Source: Nemertoderma westbladi
Lineage: Eukaryota > Animalia > Xenacoelomorpha
Length of the DNA: 64,000 nt
NCBI GenBank assembly: GCA_032718475.1
Contig: JAUCBJ010007486.1
Location: 62,001 to 126,000 of the forward strand
Reading direction: 5' to 3'
The notes beneath the pieces were generated by a model, which worked only from the letters and a program-made list of their open reading frames with translations, was not told the origin of the DNA and ran no database searches. Positions 36,045-45,456 of the stretch are shown in pieces; position 1 is the stretch's first letter, and the number at the start of each line of letters is the position of its first letter. The translations under genes and the position numbers were made by a program.

Positions 36045-36515
36045 GTAGGCTGAGCTGTTGTCTGATTGCTGTTAAGTCCGAACGAATTGCAGTGTGTGTA
36101 GAGCACTTGTCCGATTAAGTACGGTTAGGAAGTAGGGGCAGCAACGCTGTAAGGTAAACCCCCAACTAAAGAATAAGTCGCACTACTGGGTTAGAGCGCA
36201 TACTCCCTAATCATTTCGGAGTCTGCATGTCCTGTGGTTTATTTAGGCTTGAGAGTAGTCTGCCATCGTTTAGTCTGTACTTTGTTTGTGTCAGTCTGTA
36301 CGGGTAGCGTATAATTTTATTTAAATAATTTGTAGGCTGGATAGTTGTCTGGCTGTTATTAAGTCTGAACGGATTGCTGCGTGTGTAGATCATCTGTCCG
36401 ATTAAGTACGATTAGGCAGTAGGGGCAGCGAAGCTGTAAGGTAAACCCCCGACTAAAGAATATGTCGCACTACTGGGTTAGAGCGCATACTCCCTAATCA
36501 TTTCGGAGTCTGCAT
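36045..36515 (+). ncRNA. Candidate ~185-nt structured cis-RNA domain, tandemly duplicated (36045-36228, 36332-36515); single copy at 51134-51320
   Basis: Several stems kept across three copies with compensatory/wobble changes, including crossing (pseudoknot) stems; assessed by eye. Confidence 0.5.
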
Positions 36516-37539
36516 ATAACGTAGTTTGTTTAGGCTTGATAGTAGTCTGTCAGTGTTCGGTCTGTATTTTGTTTGAGTAGTTTGTACGCGTAGCGTAATA
36601 TTTATTATTCAGAGTTTATGCGATTATTCGCAACATTCAAGTCCCTAAGTTTGTTCCTACAGTAATTGTGTTTGTTATACATACCGTTATAGTTAAATTA
36701 ACCTCGGTACTACACGGGCTGCTCGGCGTAGGTAAAGACTGGTGATTTTGTGCATCGGTCACTCCAGCAGATGCCGTGGTTCTTTTAGCTGTTCAAGTAT
36801 ATTTAATTACTGATTATCTGTTATACAAGTACTCGTACCTAATTTAGGGTTTAGTGTACGGTACTTTCCGAAGTAATTATTGTAGGCATTATATTTGTGT
36901 TGTAAAGTGGTTGATAGGCACATTCGATTAGCTCTATTAACTTCTAGGTAGGAACACTCCGTGATACATAACGTAGAACCTATAGCGATACGGCTATAGG
37001 TCGTCAGGCGGTGGTATTTTCCTATCTAGACAACGCAGTGTATTTACTACTACTTATTATTTCAAATACCGTAGTACCCTGTCCGCTGTAATAATCAGTT
37101 TTCTAACCCTTTGTTAGGCTGGTTTGTAGACTTCTTGTAAAATTACCCTAAAAATTCGTATTTGTGTTTTGTAAAATTTTGTGTTTAGTTAGAGATTGTA
37201 ATCTCAACCCAAATTGTACGTAATTTGTAGTATTAAGTAACTTAGGTAAATTAGTATTATTTGTTTTAGTGTCCTGTACGTAACACTTCACTGAAAGCGC
37301 ACCGCTTTGTGTAGTGATTACTCCCCAGAAATAATAACATTTATTTCAAACATTGACAAAACCCACTAAAACGGGTATATATATATTATAAATCAAATCT
37401 AACGATTTATAAATAGTAGGCCTACCATACAACCATTAGGTCTCAATATCAGTTGGATTACTGCTCAAATAACGGTAATAAAGTAAGTTAAGTAACCAAG
37501 TAACCCTAAAATACAGAAATTCAATTATTTAAAATAATT

Positions 37540-37800
37540 GATATGCCGGTATTTACGATAGGCCTATTATCTTTATTTCTATAAATTTAGGCTGAAATTA
37601 TACCGGTACTTGTAATTAATTCTATTTCAGAATTATATATCCTACAAACTGTAAGCTGTATACCGGTATTCCGATAGGCCTATTATATATTTATATATAT
37701 TTGTGCTAAAATTATACCGGCATTCTGTGATAAACCTAGTCTGTAATAATACTTATATAGTTATATATACTATAAGTATACCGGTATTCTAATATATTAT
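37540..37800. repeat. AT-rich leader repeats centred on the ATACCGGTAT palindrome (also 52390-52650)
   Basis: About five ATACCGGTA-like units, some followed by GATAGGCYTATTAT, present in both BEL copies. Confidence 0.6.
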
Positions 37801-37926
37801 ATATATATCACGCTACACTGAGTAGCAGTAACGGTAATTAATTACTAGGCTAGCAGTTCATACTGAGTTACTAGACTTGCTTAGACTGTAATATAGCAGT
37901 AGGCATTCAACTGTACATACCTAGTC

Positions 37927-40900
37927 ATGTCTGATACTAAGCAGAACCTGTCAGACAGTTTATTAGATGTAACTATCTGCGACTCAGATAGAGACGTACA
38001 ACCGTCTGGTCGTAAATCCAGTTCACCTCCCACTGTGAGGAAAGTCATCCCTCCAGTAGTAATAACAGAACCTAGGCTGGTCCAACATCGTAGGTCTATC
38101 ATAGGCACCCGAGCTCAGGTCAAGCGGGACCAACAAGCGGCGGAACAGCAACAACCCGCTAGTCAAGAACTTATTCCTCAACGGCCCAGCAGCTCCAGTA
38201 GTGAGGATACTGTAGAGCTGACACCCGAGAGCGGAGCAGAGATGACGGATGCGGTTTATACGGATCCCCTTCTCATCCTTCCTGCAGCCGTGCTCGCTGG
38301 GTTATTGATCGCGGTGGAAGAACACCAGATCGATTGGGCAAGGAGTCAACGGACAACTAGAGATAGCTACGCGGGCTACACTAGTGAAGAACTGAAGTCT
38401 ATTGTCGAGTCGCAATGGAACTTCCCCGGACCCGGACTCCCGTTTGATTTATCAGAAGCTGCCTGGGAAGACATACACCGGATGGGAGTAGCCAAGGAAA
38501 CCATCGATCCAGCTGTGTGGAAGAGGTCCGCAGCCGGATACGCACAGGGATTCTTCAGCTCTATGGAGCGAATAGAAAAGCAACTTTTTCAACAACCTCC
38601 AGGACCTCAAGAGCAGGGATCGCTGCTTTATCAAGTTAGAGAAAGAGTTCTGCGGATTAGGCTAATATTATCGGCCTTTGAGGAGGCTTCTAAACGAAGA
38701 CAAGACACGTCGTTGCAAGTCGCCGTCAAGACTTGGTTTCAAAGGGTGAGTCGCCAGGTTCAAGGAGCAGCTCAGTGGAAAGCTCAATTGGAGGAGCGCT
38801 CAACCCATGGAGAATCAACGGACGCTATTTCTTCCCAAGTGGAAAGTGAAGCGACGGCAGAGAAACCGCATAAGAAGGATGCCATTGATATCTATCTGTC
38901 AGACTATCAGCGTTTTGTGGGAGATAAAGAGTTGAGGAGAAGGCTAGAGGGACTTAGCCCTAATAGCGAAGGAGCCAAACTTGTGTTAGATGCGATTGAT
39001 GTGGATAGGTTAGCGGCGAACCAAGCTAAATTCGATGAACAACTCCGCATCGCTAGAGAAAGGGAAGAACAAGTAAGGAAAAAACGTATAGAAGACAGAA
39101 AGGCCGCAGCAAAAGCAGAGGCAGAGGCAAAAGCGGCAGCAGCAGAAGCAGCGGCAGAAGCAAAAGCGGCAGTAGCAAAGGCAGAGGCAGAGGCAAAAGC
39201 AGCAGAAGCAGCGGCAGAAGCAAAAGCGGCAGTAGCAAAGGCAGAGGCAGAGGTAAAAGCGGCAGCGGCAGAGGCAAAAGCGGCAGCAGCAGAAGCAGAA
39301 CGGAGAGCGGCTGAAGAGATCGCCCAACTGGAGTTGGAAACGCTTCAAGAGAAGCAAGACGACTTCAGTAAACAGTTAACAGCTAGTAATATGCAGATGA
39401 TGAATCGATCTACTCCCAAAAGACAGGGATATACATCATCTGAAGAAGGCGATACCACCGATACTGAAGGCAAAGGAAATAGATCTCGTCAAAGCAGACG
39501 TAAAAGAACATTCCACCGGCAGAAATTGCCTGATTTGCCTCCAGCTGTTAGAAGGCAACTAAATAACACCAAAGTAGGTAGTACAGAGCCCGCAGACCAA
39601 ATAATTAAAATAGAAAGACTCCCTACTATAGTAGATGAGCCTGAAATAATTAGGCCTGTTCTTGAAATCACCCCTTCGGTGATAGACACACCTGTGCTCC
39701 CTGAAGCTACTTCTAAATTCCCTCTACATAGCACTAAGCTACCTGTGCCCAGTAGAACTGCCCAGGCGACAGTTCAGGTCCTGGACCCCGAGCGAAATAT
39801 TCCGGATTTGTCGCCCGTTGTCCCTCGTCCGCCCGCTACAACGTTGGCGACTCCCGCTTCGGCGGTCGAATGGGTGGACGAGAGACGACGGGGGATGGAT
39901 CTCCTGCTCGGGCAGATGCAGGAGACTGTCCAACAATTCAAGGGCACAGTAAGGGAAAGTAGGTTAGAGTTGCAAGAAGTGCAGCAAAGTATCGCGCTTG
40001 AACGCGATAAATTAGTAAACACCCAAAAGGGTATACCACCACCCTCTGTAACAATGTGTCAACCTGTTAGGTCTGAAGTATCGCATGCGCAAGGTGTGGA
40101 GCCTACACGCATTTATACTGCTAGCGAAGTAGAAACTCCTATAGTGAACCCTATTAAGGGTAATTATAGACCTGTTGATAATGATATTCCCTATAGAACT
40201 GATCATAATCCGAGAAATTTATATACCGATAACTCGATATTAAATAGCACGATGGCCCAAGAAAGTTTTACGCGTCAAATGGCTAGAACCGAAGCCCGGC
40301 AAGCGGTAAAGGTTGGAGAGATCGTCAAGTTCAATGGAGATGAGATGAAATGGTTACCTTTTAATGAATATTACAAAGATAACATACAGAACTCTGTACT
40401 ATCTAATGGAGAAAAACTTAGATACCTCATCGAGTGCTTGGAAGGATCTCCCAAGTCAATGGCGTTAAAATTTATTGGACATCCAGATGGATTAAGACAA
40501 GTTTGGGATACACTAAACATCAGGTATGGTAATAGGACTAACATAGCTAGGTATTTATATGCGAAATTAATGGCGCCCCGAAAGTTTCTTAGCAGCGGGA
40601 TTATAGAGTTTTCCGATGAGATTCAGGAGATCTGTAGACAACTAGATTGGTTAGGTAAGTCTCATGAATACCAGAATTCTATGGTTGTAGGAGCCTTAGC
40701 ATCTACTTTGCCCAAGGGTGGAGTAGGTACACGCTGGGATAAGAAGGTGTTATATATGATGGAACAACAACGACGAGACCCTACCATGACTGATCTCATG
40801 TCATTCTTAGATAGAGAAGTGAAATTGCAGCTCCTAAGGCAGTCCAGAGAGAAGACATTGGAAAACAAGGTAAGTGAGAAACCCGTTTCTAAGAGAAGGG

Positions 40901-43900
40901 TAACACCAGTATGTTATACCGACGACAGTGAAAGCCAAACTTCTCAAGGAGAGGACAGCGGGAAAGACACTGACAGATCTTATTATGTCAAAAAAATGCC
41001 TAAAGATCAGGTAAGTAAATCCGAGTCTCGACCCAATGACAGAAGGGAACCGGTACAAAAAACCCTTCCTACGTCTCCTAAAAGAATTCAGGTGAGAAAA
41101 CCCGAAGAAAAGGCAAGTGTACACAATGTGACTCAGAATAAGGTAAGTAACATCAAGCCGAAATGTGTGCTGTGCTACGGGCCCCACCGTTTAAATGTGT
41201 GTGATAAATTCCTGAGGAAATCACTTGAGGATAGACGTGAAGTCATGTGGGATAAGCGGTTGTGTTATAATTGCCTCAGACGAGGACACCAACGGCGAAC
41301 CTGTAACTCCGACGCAAGGTGTGCAAAGTGTGGTGCGAAACATCATATCTTGTTGCACGCTGAATTCGATCGAAATGGTCCGAATCAGGTAAGTGATTCC
41401 GAGCTACATGTCCAATTCAGTGATGTGAACGACACTGATCAATCTGAGATGGAAGGATTCTATACAGATGAGTTCTCTGACGAAAACGAATCCTGTTACA
41501 TGATAAATACCGCAGTGTATCGAGCGCTAACATATGAGAAAGATACAGAGAACGACTTTACTCTAACTGCTTCTGAACGACAACCACCTTGGAAAGAGAC
41601 ATCCTCCAATGTAGGGATCCGAGAGTTTCCTGTGGTACAGGTAAGGGTTCACGGACCTAAGAGGAGTTATGTAGTGAACGCCCTCCTGGACTCCGGCAGC
41701 ACAGGAACATTTATCGATAAAGAGTTAGCCGAAGATATATTTGCTGGACAACCCAAGTTCCAAACTAAGCTCAACATGTCAGGCATTATGCAAGTTTGGA
41801 AATCTACAATAACAGCTGATTATTATGTCGGAGCGTTGTCCACACCCCAGGACGAACTAGGAGAACACAGCATAAGGTTAGTGAAAATGGTGGCTATAAA
41901 GAACTTCGCTACTACTCAAGCAGACCTTTATAATTGGGACGAGGATGAGAGCATCCAACATCTTAACATACCTCGATTTCAGACTGATTATCCTGGAGTG
42001 CAAATACTCATCGGCCAAAATGCGCATGAGGCGCTGGAGACATTAGAGAAACGGCCTGCTCAACCGCAGCCACTACAGACCTATGCGGTAAGAACTAGAG
42101 TAGGTTGGTACTTTACTGGCCCTTCCCGTAGAACACTCAGAGAAAGACTACCGCAAGAGAGCGTATGCCAGGTGAGTGAATGGGAAGATGATACCAGTGA
42201 GGGAGACAACTCAACTGAGGGAATTCCATACTCCTCAGATAACGACGATGTTCACCAGCTTTTTGATGAGGAGAATACCATCGATCTCCTTAAGGAAAAC
42301 GAGGCTTGGCAAAATCAAGTTAACTTATGTCAACTTCTCTATCCATCTGAACGAGAAGCTTATAACGACGAGTTAAATGACGTCATTGAGCGTCATAATG
42401 CCAAGATTCGGGATGAACATGCTGTACGATTCTTTACGCAAGAGGCGGTAGAGCCCAATTCCTACGATAAAGCCTTGTCGGTGGAAGAGGAAAGGGCCAA
42501 GCAGATCCAAGAGACAACTACGTGTTTCCTCAAAGATCAAGGTAGGTATGAAGTCGGTTTACCTTTCCGCAAGAAAGAACCGAAGTTCATCAATAACAGA
42601 CCTTTGGCGGAAAAAAGGATCGCGCAACTCCATCGACGCCTTACGGCTAATTCATCAGCTAAAGCGATGTATCAAACACAGCTGGAAAAATTCATTAATA
42701 AGGGATATGCGGAGAGAGTACCGGAAGAAACACCTGTGACTGAAAGAACGTATTATTTAACTCACCATTACGTTCCGAAACCCGGTAAACCACACGAAGT
42801 GAGAGTAGTGTTTGATGGCTCCGCTCTTTACATGGGTCAATCCCTTAACTCTGAATTGTTACCCGGACCCAACTTACTTCAATCTTTGTTGGGAATTCTT
42901 TTAAGATTGAGACAATATTCGATTGCTTTCGCCTCCGATATAGAAGGCATGTTCTTGCAAGTCAAAGTGTTGGATAGGGATCGAGATAGCTTACGATTTC
43001 TATGGTGGCCCGAAGGAGACCTCAACCAGAAACCGGTGGAGTACTGGATGACCATCCAGGCCTTTGGGATAATCTCAAGCCCTTCCAACGCCTGTTCGGT
43101 CGTGCGTACTACTGCAGAGGACAATCGAGAGGCATTCTCTAAGGAAGTAATCGACAACATCAAGAAAGACATCTACATGGACGACAATCTGAAGTCCCTC
43201 CCATCAGTTGAAGAAGCCATTGAGGTCGCTAAGGGAACGGTAGAGTGCTTAAAAAGAGGTGGTTTTCGATTAACAAAATTCACCAGCAACTCCCGTGAGT
43301 TTCTGGAGTCGATTCCTGCGGAAGAACGCGGAGCGAAAGATCTCGATTTGATCAAAGATGATCTGCCAGAAACCAAGACACTCGGCTTGAAATGGGACAC
43401 AGAGAGAGATATCCTGTTTTTCCAACTAAAACAGCGAGATAATCCAGTTCGAACCAAACGGATTTGCTTAAGTATACTGAGCACCTATTTCGATCCATTG
43501 GGATTTATTAGCCCAGTTATATTGATTGCTCGAAGTTTGGTACAACAAATGTGGCTTGAAAACCACTCATGGGACGATCCACTTAAAGGGGAATTACTGA
43601 AGCAGTGGATGAAATGGGAAGATTCTCTACCGGCGATAGAGGAGTTTATAATTTCCCGTTCATATTTTGGTCATGTTCTCCCTACGTATTCCTATCAACT
43701 CCATGTGTTTGGAGACGCCAGCGATATGGGAATCGGTATAGTAGCCTACCTAAGAGTGGAAACTCCGGATGGAATCAAAGTCGCCTTGGTTACTTCTAAG
43801 GCATTAATCAACAACAAGTTGAAAGTTCCTCGAGCGGAGTTGAAAGCGGCTCTATACGCTACAGCCATCGGCCGGAATGTAACCGAACAGATTGACTATA

Positions 43901-44154
43901 CATTAGAGAAAACTGTATATTGGACCGACGCTTTACTCGTGTTAGAGTACATAACCAATGAAGTCTGTCAGTTCAGCGTCTTCGTTACCAACAGAGTAGC
44001 CATCATACTTAGTCGCACGACGATGGACCAATGGAGACATTGCCCCGGAACGATTAATCCAGCGGACATCGCGTCCCGAGGAGCGACTCCAAAGGAATTG
44101 GTAAATACTCCCGAATGGTTAGGTGGACCCGATTTCGTTACTAGAATCCGGTAG
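37927..44154 (+). CDS. BEL/Pao Gag-Pol polyprotein (2075 aa; truncated after RNase H)
   Basis: DUF1759-like KFNGD..KW..F, three knuckles (CVLC..H...C, CYNC...GH...C, CAKC..HH.LLH), protease LLDSGS, RT (RVVFDGS, DIEGMFLQV, YMDD), FDPLG, VFGDAS, PRAEL, NPADIASRG. Confidence 0.93.
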   Translation: MSDTKQNLSDSLLDVTICDSDRDVQPSGRKSSSPPTVRKVIPPVVITEPRLVQHRRSIIGTRAQVKRDQQAAEQQQPASQELIPQRPSSSSSEDTVELTPESGAEMTDAVYTDPLLILPAAVLAGLLIAVEEHQIDWARSQRTTRDSYAGYTSEELKSIVESQWNFPGPGLPFDLSEAAWEDIHRMGVAKETIDPAVWKRSAAGYAQGFFSSMERIEKQLFQQPPGPQEQGSLLYQVRERVLRIRLILSAFEEASKRRQDTSLQVAVKTWFQRVSRQVQGAAQWKAQLEERSTHGESTDAISSQVESEATAEKPHKKDAIDIYLSDYQRFVGDKELRRRLEGLSPNSEGAKLVLDAIDVDRLAANQAKFDEQLRIAREREEQVRKKRIEDRKAAAKAEAEAKAAAAEAAAEAKAAVAKAEAEAKAAEAAAEAKAAVAKAEAEVKAAAAEAKAAAAEAERRAAEEIAQLELETLQEKQDDFSKQLTASNMQMMNRSTPKRQGYTSSEEGDTTDTEGKGNRSRQSRRKRTFHRQKLPDLPPAVRRQLNNTKVGSTEPADQIIKIERLPTIVDEPEIIRPVLEITPSVIDTPVLPEATSKFPLHSTKLPVPSRTAQATVQVLDPERNIPDLSPVVPRPPATTLATPASAVEWVDERRRGMDLLLGQMQETVQQFKGTVRESRLELQEVQQSIALERDKLVNTQKGIPPPSVTMCQPVRSEVSHAQGVEPTRIYTASEVETPIVNPIKGNYRPVDNDIPYRTDHNPRNLYTDNSILNSTMAQESFTRQMARTEARQAVKVGEIVKFNGDEMKWLPFNEYYKDNIQNSVLSNGEKLRYLIECLEGSPKSMALKFIGHPDGLRQVWDTLNIRYGNRTNIARYLYAKLMAPRKFLSSGIIEFSDEIQEICRQLDWLGKSHEYQNSMVVGALASTLPKGGVGTRWDKKVLYMMEQQRRDPTMTDLMSFLDREVKLQLLRQSREKTLENKVSEKPVSKRRVTPVCYTDDSESQTSQGEDSGKDTDRSYYVKKMPKDQVSKSESRPNDRREPVQKTLPTSPKRIQVRKPEEKASVHNVTQNKVSNIKPKCVLCYGPHRLNVCDKFLRKSLEDRREVMWDKRLCYNCLRRGHQRRTCNSDARCAKCGAKHHILLHAEFDRNGPNQVSDSELHVQFSDVNDTDQSEMEGFYTDEFSDENESCYMINTAVYRALTYEKDTENDFTLTASERQPPWKETSSNVGIREFPVVQVRVHGPKRSYVVNALLDSGSTGTFIDKELAEDIFAGQPKFQTKLNMSGIMQVWKSTITADYYVGALSTPQDELGEHSIRLVKMVAIKNFATTQADLYNWDEDESIQHLNIPRFQTDYPGVQILIGQNAHEALETLEKRPAQPQPLQTYAVRTRVGWYFTGPSRRTLRERLPQESVCQVSEWEDDTSEGDNSTEGIPYSSDNDDVHQLFDEENTIDLLKENEAWQNQVNLCQLLYPSEREAYNDELNDVIERHNAKIRDEHAVRFFTQEAVEPNSYDKALSVEEERAKQIQETTTCFLKDQGRYEVGLPFRKKEPKFINNRPLAEKRIAQLHRRLTANSSAKAMYQTQLEKFINKGYAERVPEETPVTERTYYLTHHYVPKPGKPHEVRVVFDGSALYMGQSLNSELLPGPNLLQSLLGILLRLRQYSIAFASDIEGMFLQVKVLDRDRDSLRFLWWPEGDLNQKPVEYWMTIQAFGIISSPSNACSVVRTTAEDNREAFSKEVIDNIKKDIYMDDNLKSLPSVEEAIEVAKGTVECLKRGGFRLTKFTSNSREFLESIPAEERGAKDLDLIKDDLPETKTLGLKWDTERDILFFQLKQRDNPVRTKRICLSILSTYFDPLGFISPVILIARSLVQQMWLENHSWDDPLKGELLKQWMKWEDSLPAIEEFIISRSYFGHVLPTYSYQLHVFGDASDMGIGIVAYLRVETPDGIKVALVTSKALINNKLKVPRAELKAALYATAIGRNVTEQIDYTLEKTVYWTDALLVLEYITNEVCQFSVFVTNRVAIILSRTTMDQWRHCPGTINPADIASRGATPKELVNTPEWLGGPDFVTRIR

Positions 44155-44190
44155 GCGGTATACTACTGGACTTATCTGCATGTGGACATA

Positions 44191-44488
44191 AAAGTAAAGT
44201 AAAGTAAAGTAAAGTAAATTTTCTTCGGCCACTAGGCCAGGGATTACGCACAAAGAATTACGCATCTGACGACTTATTTCCAGTGCGGTCCCCCCAGAAC
44301 TTTACTCCCCAGAGGAAACTCTAGTACTCATTTAGCTACCACTTAACGATGCAAGGCAGAGATGCGCCCTGGCTGGTCCCTTTAAAGCATTCGTGCCGAA
44401 ACGAAAACTGCCCTGGTCCATGTGAGGATCGAACCCACGACCTACAGGAGATGTGAATTCAATGCAACCACTACACCAAGGTGGAACC
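44191..44488 (-). mobile_element. tRNA-derived SINE (~300 bp) with (ACTTT)n tail
   Basis: Minus strand: A box TGGTGTAGTGG, B box GGTTCGATCC, central AAATGAGTAC motif, 3' (ACTTT)5. Confidence 0.8.
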
Positions 44489-44880
44489 CTTGGTTAATAA
44501 GCCCGTTAATAAGCCACAGTCCGTATCTTGAAATAGCAAAAGGCAGTGATTTTTTATGTCAATTTATTTGACTTTTTTTGTCACTTTTTTTTACGAATTA
44601 TGCATAATGACTTTTGTTGTCCATTTAATGACTTTTATTGTCACTTTTTATGTATGTATTTCTTCAAACTGTCAGACTGCTGATTTCTGGACTGTCAGAC
44701 AGTTGATTTCACTATGCCTGTGCCAAAACATTCCATGATTCCATGATTTATAGACTATGAGATAGATTTCCATATGCGCCTGTGGTAAAAAGACTCTATA
44801 TTTAATAGTTTGTGGTTGTTGTCGATAATCGATTACCACATGACGTAGCAAAACACTCATTTTATAGCCAAAAACAATTA

Positions 44881-45456
44881 CCAATTGATGGAAAGGAGCA
44901 GGTTAAGGTCGAGTTTTCTAACCAAAACAATAAACAATCACTTTACCAAATCAGGGAAAGGAGCAGGTTACAGAGACGGGATTTTCTAACCAAAACAATA
45001 AACGATCATTTAACTAATTGAGGGAAAGGAGCAGGTTACAGAGACGGGATTTTCTAACCAAAACAATAAACGATAACATTACCAATTGAGAGAAAGGAGC
45101 AGGTTACAGAGGCGGGATTTTCTAACCAAAACAATAAACGATAACATTACCAATTGAGGGAAAGAGCAGGTTACAGAGGCGGGATTTCCTAACCAAAACA
45201 ATAAACGATCACTTAAACTAATTGAGGGAAAGGAGCAGGTTACAGAGGCGGGATTTTCTAACCAAAACAATAAACAGTCACTTTACCAAATCAGGGAAAG
45301 GAGCAGGTTACAGAGACGGGATTTTCTAACCAAAACAATAAACGATCATTTAACTAATTGAGGGAAAGGAGCAGGTTACAGAGACGGGATTTTCTAACCA
45401 AAACAATAAACGATCATTTAACTAATTGAGGGAAAGGGGCAGGTTACAGAGGCGGG
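44881..45456. repeat. 68-bp tandem repeat, ~8.5 units
   Basis: Unit GAAAGGAGCAGGTTACAGAGACGGGATTTTCTAACCAAAACAATAAACGATCATTTAACTAATTGAGG. Confidence 0.95.

Larger units (their letters stand above)
34678..44154 (+). mobile_element. BEL/Pao LTR retrotransposon, family 1 copy A (3'-truncated, no integrase or 3' LTR)
   Basis: Starts TGTGAAAGGC (copy B: TGTAAAGGC); ~3.25-kb LTR plus leader collinear with 49655-52775; gag-pol follows. LTR 3' end and PBS not identified. Confidence 0.85.

Noticed and set aside
39010-39357. Cys- or Leu-rich antisense ORFs (also 53759-54248)
   Set aside because: Shadows of the GCA/GAG-rich Gag repeats.
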